Notes under the pieces: generated by a model
Seen by the model: only the letters and a program-made list of their open reading frames with translations
What the model was told of the DNA's origin: nothing
The model's database searches: none
Shown: piece by piece, positions 38,801 to 51,206 of the stretch
Position numbering within the stretch: the stretch's first letter is position 1
Layout: each line of letters begins with the position of its first letter
Made by a program: the position numbers and the translations under genes
Assembly (NCBI GenBank): GCA_963514005.1
Contig: OY740786.1
Coordinates: 17,484,001 to 17,548,000 of the forward strand
Direction of reading: 5' to 3'
Source of the DNA: Raja brachyura
Lineage: Eukaryota
Length of the DNA: 64,000 nt

Positions 38801-39615
38801 ATGAATGAAGTTGCCCTTCAGGTCCAGCACCTGACTACCTGGTGTGCCAACAATAACCTCGTCCTCAACTCCCAGAAGACGAAGGAAATAATTGTTGACT
38901 TTCGGAAGAACAGAGGGGGCAGACACACCCCCATCCATATAAACGGGACTGAGGTGGAGCGGGTCTCCAACTACAAATTCCTCGGGGTACACATCTCGGA
39001 GGATCTGTCCTGGTCCCTCAACACCTCAAAGCTAATCAAAAAGGCACAGCAGCACCTTTACTTTCTGAGGAGGCTCAAAAAAGCCCACCTGTACCCCCAG
39101 ATCCTGACGAACTTCTACCGCTGCACCATCGAAAGCATCCTGACCACCTGCTTTACGGTATGGTACAGCAGTTGCACCGTGGCAGACAGGAAGGCACTAC
39201 AACGGGTGGTGAAAACCGCCCAGTACATCATCGGTGCCCCGCTCCCTGCCTTGGATGCCCTCCACCGAAAACGGTGCCTGAAGCGGGCCGGGAAGATCAT
39301 CAAGGACCCCTCACACCCTAATCATGGACTGTTTGCCCTCCTCCCATCAGGGAGGCGGTACAGGAGCCTCAGGTCCCGCACCAGTAGGACGAAGAACAGC
39401 TTCTTCAACTACACCATCCGACTGCTGAACTCGGAGCCCAGCTGATAGATTTGTCTGTACCCTGTATTTATTTATTTTCCATATTGCTACCACTGCACTC
39501 TGTATTTATTTTTCTATATCGCTATCACTAAGAACGACGCTAAACTGCATTTCGTTGTACCTATACTTGTATTTGTGCAATGACATTAAACTTGAATTGA
39601 ATTGAATTGAATTGA
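38801..39615 (+). mobile_element. Rex1/Babar LINE 3' fragment with (TTGAA)n tail
   Basis: 214-aa ORF NNLVLNSQKTKEIIVDFRK...KFLGVHISEDLSW...LLPSGRRYRSLR, with TTGAA repeats. Confidence 0.92.
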
Positions 39616-40257
39616 ATATTGGGTTAAAATCAAATATATAGCTGTCACATCCAAGTAGCATTTGTATCCTGGAACACCACTTCATGATGACAAGCTTTTT
39701 CACCCTCTAACACCACGTCATTGTCATTATCATGGACAATGACATATTTGCTACATCCAAGCTTACTTCTCATGTGCTTGGGATCATGAGATGTTGACAA
39801 TCCCATGCGAACAGATTCAAATCGTCTGTTAACTAAGGATAACAGTGTCATCATCTAAAGAGTCAATCTGCACAAAATAGGCCCTCAAGCCAACCGCATC
39901 AATACCAACTATCAAATACCTCTCCATACTTATCCACATTTACCAACATTTTGTCTTTCACCTTGTAAGCATTAATAATTAAAGTGTTCGCCCAGATGCT
40001 TCTTAAATGTTATGAGAGTACCTGCCACCACCACCTTAGCATTCCAGATTGCGAAATGTTAAGGCAGAGAAAAATAAATTCAGACTACGACTCAAAGTTC
40101 AATAGTTCAATCGATAGTTTAAAAAATAACAGCAAGCAGACATTTCCAATAAGATTCTGATCAGTGTTTACACTCAGCAATTAAAAAGAGTCTTACACTT
40201 GGAAATGGATTGACTGATCCTCTGCCCACTTTGTTATCAGTGTTAAGGCATTTCAAC

Positions 40258-43170
40258 AATAGACAATAGGTGCAGGAATACGCCATTCGACCCTTTGAGC
40301 CAGCACTGCCATTCAATGTGATCATGGCTGATCATCCTCAATCAGTACCCGTTTCCTGCCTTCTCCCCATATCCCCTGACTCCGCTATCTTTAAGAACCC
40401 CATCTAGCTCTCTTTTGAAAGTAGCCAGAGAACGGGCCTCCACCGCCCTCTGAGGCAAAGAATTCCACATACAACTCTCTGTGAGAAAAAGTGCTTCCTC
40501 GTCTCCATTCTAAATGGCTTACCCATTATTTTTAAACTGTGGCTCCTGGTTCTGGACTCCCCCAACATTGGGAACATGTTTCCTGCTTCTTGCGTGGCCA
40601 AACCCTTAATAATCTTATATGTTTCAATAAGTGCAGGAGGACCTCTTTGCTCCTGTATTCGATTAATAGACAATAGGTGCAGGAGTAGGCCAATCTACAA
40701 TTGGAGAGGGAGAAGAGTAGATCGGAGGTGTCAGTATTGCAATTGAATAAAGGGGACTATCGGGCCATGAGGAAGGAACTGGCCAAAGTTGACTGGAAAG
40801 ATACATAGAAACATAGAAAATAGGTGCAGGAGTAGGCCATTCGGCCCTTGGAGCCTGCACCACCATTCAATATGATCATGGCTGATCATCCAACTCAGTA
40901 TCCCGTACCTGCCTTCTCTCCATACCCCCATACACTAGCAGGGATGACAGTGGAACAAAAATGGCAGGTGTTTCTAGGAATAATACGGAATGTGCAGGAT
41001 CAGTTCATTCCTAGGAGGAAGAAAGATTCCAAGGGGAGACATGGCTGACAAGGGACGTCAGGGACAGTATAAAAATTAAAGTGAAGAAGTACAATGTAGC
41101 AAAGATGAGCGGGAAACTAGAGGATTGGGTAATGTTTAAAGAACAACAGAAGATAACCAAAAAGACAATACGGGGAGAAAAGATGAGGTACGAAGGTAAG
41201 CTAACCAAGAATATAAAGCAGGAGAGTAAAAGTTTCTTTGGGTATGTGAAGAGGAAAAAAATAGTTAAGACCTAAGTTGGACCCTTGAAGACCGAAAAAG
41301 GTGAATTTATTATGGGGAACAAAAAAATGGCAGATGAGTTGACCAGGTACTTTGGATCTGTCTTCACTAAGGGGAACACAAACAATCTTCCTGATATAGT
41401 AGTGGCCAGAGGATCTGGGGTGACAGAGGAACGGAAGGAAATCCACATTAGGCAGGAAATGGTGTTGGATAGACTGATGGGACTGAAGGCCGATAAATCC
41501 CCAGGGCCTGATGGTCTGCATCCCAGGGTACTTAAGGAAGTGGCTCTAGAAATCGTGGATGCATTCGTGGTCACTTTCCAATGTTCTATAGACTCAGGAT
41601 CAGTTCCTGTGGATTGGAGGGTAACCTCACATTTATCCGCATTAAACTTCATCTGCCATGCATCTGCCCACTCCGCCAACCTGTCCAAGTCACCCTGCAT
41701 TCTCCTAGCATCCTTCTCATAGTTCACACTGCCACCCAGCTTTGTGTCATCTGCAAATTTGCTAATGTTACTTTGAATCCCTTCATCTAAATCATTGATG
41801 TATATTGTAAATAGCTGCGGTCCCAGCACCGAGCCTTGCGGTACCCCACTAGTCACTGCCTGCCATTCTGAAACAAACCCGTTAATCCCTACTCTTTGTT
41901 TCCTGTCTGCCAACCAATTTTCTATCCATGTCAGCACTCTACCCCCAATACCATGTGCCCTAATTTTGCCCACTAAACTACTATGTGGGACCTTATCAAA
42001 TGCTTTCTGAAAGTCCAGGTACACTACATCCACTTACTCTCCCTTGTCCATTTTCCTAGTTGCATCCTCAAAAAATTCCAGAAGAATAGTCAAGCATGAT
42101 TTCCCCTTCGTAAATCCATTCTGACTTGGACCAATCCTGTTACTGCAATCCAAATGTGTCGCTATTTCATCTTTTATAATTGACTCCAGCATCTTCCCCA
42201 CCACCGATGTCAGGCTAACTGGTCTCTGTTAAATTCCCTGTTTCTCTCTCCTGCCTTTCTTAAAAAGTGGTTCCTTAACCTCAAGTTCCCTTATCAAATC
42301 TGGTTCATCACACTAAATCCAAAATTGCCTTCTCCCTGGTTGGCTCCAATACAAACTGCTCTAAGAATTTATCACAGAGGCACTCCACAAACTCCCTTTC
42401 TTGGGGTCCACTACCAACTTGATTTTCCCAGTCTACCTGCGTGTTAAAATCTCCCATAGCAACTGTAGCATTACCTTTACTACATGCCAATTTTAACTCC
42501 TGATTCAACTTGCACCCTATATCCAGACTACTGTTTGGGGAGCTGTAGGTAAGTCCCATTAGGGTCATTTTACCCTTACAATTCCTTAGTTCTATCCATA
42601 CTGACTCCACATCTCCTATTTCAATGTCACCCCTTGCAAGGGACTGAATTTCATGCCTCACCAACTGAATTTCATTCCTCACTTCCTCTGCCCACGTGTC
42701 TGTCTTTCAGATTGGTGGTATACCCTTGAATATTCAGTTCCCAGCCCTGGCCCTCTTACAGCCATGTCTCTGTAATTCCCACAACATCATACTTGCCAAT
42801 TTCTAATTGAGCCTCAAGCTCGTCCACTTTATTTCTTATACTTCGCACATTCATATACAACACTTTGACCTCGGTATTTACCTCCCCTCTCGCACCGCTC
42901 ACAATTGGCCCTGACCTTACTCTCTTATCTCTTCTCGAACATTCCTTCCCATTAATTCAAGAGTCTTTTGCACCAGCCCCTCAGCCACACATTCAGATCC
43001 CCTACCTCCCTGTTCCTGTCCTTACTAGCATGACATACTGGACGCAATCCAGAGATAACCACCCTAAAAGTCCTGCTTTTCAGTCTTCTTCCTAACTTTC
43101 TGAACTCACGTTGCAGAACCTTCTTCCTCTTCTTCCTGATGTCGTTTGTGCCTACGTGCACAACTACTAC
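40258..43170. mobile_element. Jumbled CR1 cluster (3' ends, RT and endonuclease pieces on both strands)
   Basis: Plus strand KSPGPDGLHPRVLKE; minus strand YLDFQKAFDKVPH...KFADDTKL, endonuclease MGDFN...EPTREKAILDLV and ORF1 esterase-like HVGTNDI. Confidence 0.9.
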
Positions 43171-43507
43171 AGTTATTTTAGCAATGCAAGTATGTTGCAG
43201 CCGATGTACAGGAGTAATAAAAAATAGCCTGAATCAATACAGATGTTAGCATTGAACGGGCATAAAATGCAGAGAATGATGCTTTTCATGAAGAACATCC
43301 CTACAAATTTGAAAGCCAACATCCTGTCCTGGCTGAGGCACCAGAGGATGATCTTTGCCTCTGGAAGCAAACTCAAGAAAGACAAAAATAAAAATGCAGT
43401 TAGATCCAGAAAACATTTGTCCTGTATACAAAAATTGACACCGTTTAAAAAATTGTAAACATTATACATAGAGAACTATTAAAAGCATAACAAATGCCAT
43501 TGGTTAC

Positions 43508-43663
43508 CTGCTCGTAGAGGAGTTTGCTTTGGTCTCTTTCTGCAGATAAAACTTTGACATTTGCCTGGACTTCTGCCAAGTGCCTTTCATATTTGATTAC
43601 CATGGCTTGAAGATCATCACGCTCTTTAATTACGCATATGAGCTCAGACTCATAGCTACCTCC
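43508..43663 (-). CDS. TSGA10: TSGA10 exon ([52 protein letters not shown])
   Basis: cag/ acceptor and /gtaacc donor, 156 nt. Matches [29 protein letters not shown]. Confidence 0.93.
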
Positions 43664-44444
43664 CTGGTTTTAAAAAGAACACCAAAATGAATCAATCTTA
43701 AATAAGCCTGTTAAGTAAACACCTGAAGAAGGGTTCAGACCCAAAAGATGCTGCCTGACCCACTGAGTTACTCCAGCACTTTATGTCTATCTTAAATAAA
43801 CTTTGCCTTCTGTTTAAAACTTTTTATATAAAGTTTTTCTCTTTTAGAACTGGTCTAGAATTCCCTGCTTTCTCTCTCCCAACTTTCTTGAAAAGTGGGA
43901 TAACATTCGCTACCCTCCAATCGACAGGAACTGATCCTGAATCTATAGAACATTTCAAAGGTTATGGGGATTGTAAAATAGGGTGATTCCGATTCTTGAT
44001 TTCATTCATACATCCATTTCAACTCATCTCAAAGCAGGAACTCGTAATGATCAAAACAAGGCATTAATGGACCAGAAATGTATGTTGGAAATCATAATAA
44101 ATGAGGTGTCACAGGAGATAAGTGTAAGTGTGGAATACTCAACAAAATGTAATAAAAGCCCTGCATTAAAGGGCATCTTTTGAAAAGAGTTATTAGGGTT
44201 ATAAGAACAGCTTTTTTTTCCATGTAATATTTTTAAGGATTCTAATCCATCAACTTTCAGGGCAGTCATGGAACATAGGAACATCTGGATCAGATTGCAC
44301 TGTTCCTAGTACTAAGGATTGTGGAAGAGAAAATTAGTGGGAGTGAAAGAATTCCACAGTTCAAGGATTCCAAGGAATTGGCAAAGTGACATGTTAGAAT
44401 TGAGGAATATTGGGACAGCTCCTGGCATATGGGATTTTCTGGTT

Positions 44445-44645
44445 TTAGTTTTTTTAGTTTTAGAGATACAGCGCAGAAACAGGCCCTTCGGCCAACCAGG
44501 TCCGCAATCCCCGCATATTAACACTATCCTACACCCACTAGGGACAATATTTCTGACTTACCAAGCCAATTAACCTACAAACCTGTACGTCTTTGAAATG
44601 TGGGAGGAAACTGAAGATCTCGGAGAAAACCGAAGCAGGTCATGG
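44445..44645 (-). mobile_element. V-SINE-like SINE, 3' part (split by the ERV insertion)
   Basis: Ends ...GAAAACCGAAGCAGGTCATGG and continues at 51207 as ACGGGAAGAACGTACAAACTCC. Confidence 0.75.
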
Positions 44646-45658
44646 TGAAAGAGCTAATGGTCAAATCTAAAATGGAGTCGTATTTCTACAAAAGCATGGT
44701 TGAGTAAAATAAAAGAATGGCTCAGTGCCAAGTCTGAATTACTTTGTAAATTATATGGAACACAATATGGAGGACAGGTTGTCTTTTCAATAAATAAATT
44801 AAGATGGAATCCTGCAGTAATAACACATGCTTCATTCAAGGCTATAAAGAAGCCAAGATTGAAAAAAAAAGCTGACGCTCCAGAGATAAGTAATAACTTG
44901 TTATTGGATGAGCTTGATTTGGACCCATTTTTCCTATATTCTGATACGCTGCAGAATCTTTCAGTCATGCCATATTCAGACTTGGTAGGAGTGTTTTACT
45001 GATAAGGAAAATGTATAATTGTTTTGTTCTCTTTGTTCTGTGAGTGGGAGCCTGAGAAAACTGAGCTCTAGTCGAACCCTTTGATGAAAAACTAAGGTCC
45101 CTCAGTGTGAGGTTGGCCTGGTTCCAGACAAGATCCTTAGAAGCAGACAGCGAAGGTAAGACCACTTGTGTAAAGGATTGGCATGTGTATTGGAAATGAG
45201 TAAAGGATTGACTTGGGTATTGGAAATGATTAAAGGATTGGGCACGGCAGACTAAAGAGGTTTTGTCACAATTAAAGGATTGGACGGCAGACTACAAAGT
45301 TTTTGTCACTAATGCGTATTGGAAAGACAAGGTGTTTTGAAAAGACAATGCGTCTTGAGGATACGGTGTTTTGAAAAGACTGTTGTGAATTTGCTACCAG
45401 AGAGAGTAGCTTAGAATTGGGCTTAACAGGCTGAAAAAGTTTGTTACAATTTTTGTACAAAGTTGTGTACTAGTGATTTGGAGATTGGATAAACATGGAC
45501 ATAATTTGGATAAGAGTGACGGAAAGACAGCTGTACAACACATGTGTTATTTGTTTCATAAGAACCACAAGGATTATAGAATGTTAAATGGTAAATTGAC
45601 CAAACGTATGTCTTGACCAGTAGGAGGAATATGGAATGTGGAGACTATTGAAGGCAGA

Positions 45659-45698
<40 letters not shown>

Positions 45699-46841
45699 CA
45701 GAAAATAAGTGGGTGGAGACACGAGATAGAAGTTGGATGGACAATGCCTGTAAAAGAGGAATTGAATTGTGGAAGAAATACAGAACTATTAAACGAATGG
45801 AATGTACTTCAGATGGAATGCCAGTGGGCAGAGGAATAGGAGATAAGGGCTAAGGCAGAGAAAGAAAGCGCTGATAAGAGTTCGGAGAACAACGCCGGGA
45901 CCAGTAATTCTTCTCCATGTCTGGCAATGGCGACCCTGTCTATAGAAGAAGGGGGCGGCAGTGGCCAATCACAATCTGGATCACTGTCCAATCACAGCTC
46001 AGACCACTCCCATTTGGAACATTAGCACGCCCACCATTACATTAAACTACTCCCTTTGTCATTTTAAATGCTCACTCCAACAGAAGACGACTTTTGCAAT
46101 TTAAAGGCACTGCAAGCCTTAAACCTCCCAATCCTAGTTCACAAATTCTGCAAATTTGTTCCCACAGAAACAAAGATTATTTTAAACAGAACGGCTTTTG
46201 TCAGTTAAGGGAGGGGAGTATAAAGTTAACACGGAGAGACGTCTCTAATGTTTTGCAACAAGGGGGAAACGAGGGGGGCTGCACCACTTTGGCTAACTCG
46301 TATTAAATTTGTGTATTTTGCCTGTTTATGTACTCATTTTCTTTCAATATATGAAGGTTAGTATTTGTTAAAACCGAAAATGTCTCTTAAAAAAATGTCA
46401 CTCATCCAAGTTCTGGCTCCTATCAGATTAGACAAGATTTTCATGCTCTTTCGAGTTGTCACTCATCCAAGTTCTGTCTCCAAGTTGTAGAGACTCGGTG
46501 TTCTTTTCAAGGCTATGCTACCAAGATATTGGCAGCTCCATTTTCCTGTGTTCAGGATTTTGCGATGTCTTTTTAATTTATCCCAAAGCCTATCGGGATA
46601 CTTAACATCCAGTCCCAGGCTATATTTATATATTCATATATATGCCCCTTTTGATGAAATGGTCCATGTCCGATGAATTGAATCAGGATGTCATTGAATT
46701 AGCTTGCAATCTATAATTATTCTTTATTCTTTTATTTTTTATTTTTTATTTGTTTATTCTTGGTTTTCTCTTAACTTTGTTTTTTTTTCCCTATTTCTTA
46801 CCTTTTGAATTGAGTTCAAATACAGACCTGAATTCCACGAT

Positions 46842-47250
46842 GTAAGTAAGTAGGTTAGTTTTATTTATATAGCGCGTTTTAAACCAACTTGCGTTGAAAC
46901 CAAAGTGCTTTACAAAAAATAAATAATAAGTTTCCGTACATCCATAGAAAAAGATTTTAAAAAGAAAAATTGACACAACACATTATAGAGTTCAACACAA
47001 ACGTCCCCCCACAACAGAATCAAAATTTTCCACTGTGGCGAAAGGCACCAGAAAGTTTAGTCCTCTTCCTCTGTGCCCACCCGAGGTCAGGGCCCCATTT
47101 GTGGCCTTGCAGCCAGTCCGATGTCTTCAGGCCTCTTGCCGTGAAGCTGGAACTCCAGTGTCGGGTGAACATTCCTCAACGGCTTGGAAAGTCTGGAATG
47201 GCCGCCTCCTCCCTGGTGACCGCGGCACCCGAAATCCTCAGGCCGAGCAA
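46842..47250 (-). mobile_element. L2-like LINE 3' end inserted in the ERV
   Basis: The minus strand ends GTAAAGCACTTTG...CGCGCTATATAAATAAA followed by (CTTA)n, resembling an L2-type tail. Confidence 0.55.
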
Positions 47251-47989
47251 TTAATTAATTACATATGCACAACAATTAAGCACAACCTTGTCAGTCTTGC
47301 ATTCACAGGGGTTGAAAACGCAGAAGCCACTGGCAGTTGAACACAGACACGGTCCATACTACTGGGATCGGACATAATTGGGACTATGTTGGAGGGGACT
47401 GTACCAGGTGCTACTACAACACCAACCGCCGTGAAGATTGAAGATTACTCCCATTGAAGACATCTGATACGTTTGACTATAAATGGAGGAGAACCAAGAA
47501 AGGACAGTGGGGTTATTGACCCTACTTTTTATACTGAGGTTGGCCCAGATGGGCTGGACTTGGGGAAACACCTCTGCACCAAGACATCCTGAATAAGGCT
47601 GACAACTGTCCTTGTGTTTATAGTACTGACCAAGAAGGATCCATTACCACAGGTTCGTGAAATAACCAGATAGGTGCAGCTTATCCCAGAGCTACAGACC
47701 GAGCTGAAACAGATGAGAAATGTGCTCACCAATGCCTGAAAATGGCGATCTTGCTTCCATCACACAGCAGCTGAAGGAGAGCAATCAGGTTGAGGAGTTG
47801 AAAAGCCTTGATTTTGGAGTGCAGCTCAGTTACAGAACTGGATTGAGGTTAATTCCAGCCGGGATCAAAGTGAGGAGCTGAATTGGGATGGATCAGACAG
47901 CCAGTTGACATTGATAGGGAAGGAAGGTAAATGCTGGTTTCACACGCTGATGGACAACTTGGGAGTAGGAACGACTGGATTTGTGAAAA

Positions 47990-48422
47990 TAAACTACATT
48001 TGTAATGAATGTGGACAGACTTTCAAACAGCGGGAACAACTGTCAGTTCAAGAAATGAGCCATACTGGAGCAAACCCTTTGAAGTGTGAAGTTTGTGGAT
48101 TCCAGTGCAGGCAAAGAGCATCCTTGAAATACCATATGACCACAGGGCCTGTTTCAAGCACAAGGCAGAAGCTGAACTTGAATTTGCTCGTGGCCAATGT
48201 GAGAAGCGGTTCGAGAAGGCTCACAATTTGAATGTTCATATGTCCATGGTTCATCCTTTAACCCAGAATACCGATAAAAACCAACCTATTGAAATTGAAT
48301 CGTCAGCTAAGTATAGAAACATTAATGAAGCAGGAACCCAGTTAATAGTTATTCAACAGCTAAATGATGAGTCTAAAGAATCTTGTACCCTTTTTCAATG
48401 TCAGCAAGACACAGAGGATTAA
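47990..48422 (+). pseudogene. ZNF276: ZNF276 retro-fragment, C-terminal C2H2 fingers
   Basis: NYICNECGQTFKQR...KCEVCGFQCRQRASLKYHMT / KHKAEAELEF...KRFEKAHNLNVHMSMVHPLTQ is near-identical to the recalled ZNF276 C-terminus. Frameshifted and intronless. Confidence 0.88.
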
Positions 48423-48589
48423 CATGAATAAATGCAATCAAGCCAGGCTTACCTCAAATAGGGAGAGCAAAGGAAAGGTTATTGTGGAGAATATAATCTG
48501 AGCATTATAGCACACCACTTCCAGAGACAAAGTCCAATGTCTGCAATGGGGTAGAGGTGAATCAGGCAGAATCCTAGCAATTGGAAGGA

Positions 48590-49432
48590 CTGTTCAGAAC
48601 GCTGATAACAGAGGACCACAGTTACATCCTGGATGTGCATTCAAGTCACAGCGTTGTTTTGAATGAGGGACAGTGCCCATCCAGTAGAAATAAGGACTCA
48701 ATGGAGTTAGTTCTGGATGGTTCAATAACCCTTTCACCTCGGAATGGAACAGTGACTGAAAATGGTGAGGGTGATAATGTTGCGAAGCATCAACCTGTCC
48801 CAATGTTAGCAGACGTTCAGCCTTGTACATACAGTGGAACCACTTTATGGTCGGTGGATGTGGACAACTGGGAATCCCCATTGAAGAAGGATATGTTCTT
48901 GTGCTCAGATCCTGAATATACACAGTGCTCTTGAGAAAAAGTTCAGTTACAAGATGCAACTCAACCATTAAATGTGATAAAAACAGTTTACTGCAATGAA
49001 GCATCTTGTTCTATAAGAAATGATGTTGTGGATGGATTGGAGTCCAGTGATCTTTCTGAAAGGTATTTATCAAGTGAAGATGACAGAGAAACAAAAGTTA
49101 AGAACGGCTCTTCAGATGGGTCTTTTCAACCATATTGAAAGAAGAGTAAGTTACCAGTTAAGAAGTGCAATATTAAGGATGTGAAGAAACAATCTGGACA
49201 AAATCGTGGCCGGAAACCAAAGTCAAACTTGGAAAGGGAAGATTTCCCCACCGTGTATTGATGTCAGTATAAGGGTCGCTGTGCTATTTACAGAGAAGTT
49301 AACGGACTTAAGAAACATATAAAAGAGCAGCATGAAGAGGTACGTGAAAGACCTTGTCCCCACCCAGGAGGTAACAAGGTGTTTGTGATTGATCGCTACC
49401 TGCAGCGCCATGTATAGCTGATCCATATAGAA
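48590..49432 (+). pseudogene. ZNF276: ZNF276 retro-fragment, middle region and first two zinc fingers
   Basis: EREDFPTVY*CQYKGRCAIYREVNGLKKHIKEQHEEVRERPCPHPGGNKVFVIDRYLQRHV*LIHIE matches ZNF276 EELPTIYKCPYQGC...KKHIKEHHEEVRERPCPHPGCNKVFMIDRYLQRHVKLIHTE. The left boundary is approximate. Confidence 0.85.
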
Positions 49433-49589
49433 CATCTTTACAGATCAGGAGGAAGTGCAAACACTTTGGTCAAAACTTCGGAAAGACAAACCACATTTGA
49501 TCAACAATCTTGAAGCATTTTGAGCTCTATCGTATGACCACGGGTCTAGAGAGCGAGAAGCTGAACATTTTGAAACAGATGGACCTCCA

Positions 49590-49973
49590 GAAAGAGACAA
49601 TTGCTGTTTTGTTCCCAACCCTGACCAGATCGATGCCGATTGGTGACAGCAGAGGAGACAACTGCAAGGACGACTGACAACATCCCAGATATCTATGACA
49701 TGTACCCCGAGAACAACGTCATCAGTGAGACTGACCTGAGGAAGTTCCAAAGGAGACGATGCAGATCATTCCTAACAGGGTAGTGCGCAACAAGGGCAGG
49801 GAGTTACTACAGACCGCCAACTCTGACCCTGGCCTTGTTCAACGCCATCAACTTCAGTGGCACCTTCTACATTAACACAGACTGCAAACTACGCTGGCTT
49901 TGTCTTTGGCTTCCAGTCCAGCAGCCGCTTCTACATGGTGATGTAAAAGCAGGCCACCCAAACCTACTGGGAG
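49590..49973 (+). pseudogene. Thrombospondin (THBS2-like) retro-fragment: last type 3 repeats and start of the TSP C-terminal domain
   Basis: RDNC..VPNPDQ, NIPDI...PENNVISETD, VVRNKGRELLQTANSDPG, FSGTFYINTD and [27 protein letters not shown]. Disabled and intronless. Confidence 0.85.
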
Positions 49974-50714
49974 ATACGCTAGCGTCTAGCTCAAGGTGAT
50001 GAACCCCATCACAGGACGAGAGGTGTACTATTGAACTGGTAGCCATACCTTTGGTTTGGTGGACTTTGGGGTACTGTGATAAATTATGGCTCTATCATTC
50101 TGCTAATCATTGCTCTAATACTTGCGTCCATTATGTGTACCTACCGAGAACTGTGAATGTTATCACGTTTGATAAAAAGACGGGTAAAAGAGCTAATAGT
50201 CAAATCTAATAGTCAAATCTAAAATGGAGTTGTTAGTTTACAAAAGCATGGTCGAGTAAAAAATGGCTCGGTGCCAAGTCTGAATGACTTTGTAAATTAT
50301 ATGGAACACAATATGGAGGACATGTTGTCTTTTCAATAAATAAATTAAGATGGAATCCTGCAGTAATAACATGTGCTTCATTCAAGGCCATAAAGAGCCA
50401 AGTTTGAAAAAAAAAGCTGAAACTCCAGAGATAAATAACTTGTTATTGGATGAGCTTGATTTAGACCCATTTTTCCTATATTCTGAAAAGCTGCAGAATC
50501 TTTCAGTCGTGCCATATTCGGACTTGGTAGGAGTGTTTTACTGAAAATGTATAATTGTGCGAACTCTTCTTTGTTCTGTAAGTGGGAGCCCGTGAAGCAC
50601 AGAGCAACGTTTGTGCTCATTTTAATCTCGTTACTCCCATCTGACGAATCAATTAAAGATTGCCACAGTTTACCTTTAACAGTTTTGGTTGCTATCTGCT
50701 TTTTAAGAAACTAA

Positions 50715-51197
50715 AGGGCCTGTCACACTAGCGCGCGATTAGACGCGACAAGCGCGACCTACCGTGGTCGCTTTAGTCGTCCGGCCTCGCGTGACCCTGT
50801 CCCACTGCGATCGCCGGAGTCTCGTGGAGTTGCGCGGACTCGTGTGGAGCTGGTGTCGACATCGCGCGTAGTGTCCAAAAACTGACACTGCTTAAAAATT
50901 ACGCGCGGCAAAATCCTGTCGCGCAGAACGTGATTAACGTGATGACGTTTTGACGTTGTGCGTCTTCAGCGTGGCGTTGCGTGATGACGTCACTGCCCGA
51001 CGTCGTGCAACGCGCATGCTCATGCGCATCGTCACGTGATGAAAAATAACGTCCTTCCTTCGGACGTCGCGCGTGTAATCGCGCGCTAGTGGGACAGGCC
51101 CTTCACTCGCACCGGGATCGCCTGACCCCCACGCGAACCCCGCGTCCGAATTTGTCGCGCTTGTCGCGTCTAATCGCGCGCTAGTGTGACAGGCCCT
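50715..51197. mobile_element. PIF/Harbinger-type MITE inserted in the 3' LTR
   Basis: ~44-bp perfect TIR AGGGCCTGTCACACTAGCGCGCGATTAGACGCGACAAGCGCGAC with a TAA target duplication (50712-50714 and 51198-51200). CpG-rich. Confidence 0.88.
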
Positions 51198-51206
51198 TAA
51201 CTGACA

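Larger units (their letters stand above)
44646..51206 (+). mobile_element. Defective class I (gamma/epsilon-like) endogenous retrovirus carrying host mRNA fragments
   Basis: Direct repeats 44646-~45052 and 50185-51206 (TG...CA), 4-bp TSD ATGG/ACGG, and purine tract AAAAAGACGGG before the 3' LTR. Splice-donor-like GAAG/GTAAG at ~45155. Integrase-tail remnant WRGLYQVLL/TTPTAVKIE at ~47385-47440. Hydrophobic env-TM-like WFGGLWGTVINYGSIILLIIALILASIMC at ~50050-50140. Confidence 0.8.

Noticed and set aside
47905-49432. Functional nested ZNF276 gene
   Set aside because: Stops, frameshifts, mutated Cys/His ligands, permuted order and location inside an LTR element.
50715-51197. CpG island or promoter
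   Set aside because: The CpG richness is confined to a TIR-bounded MITE.
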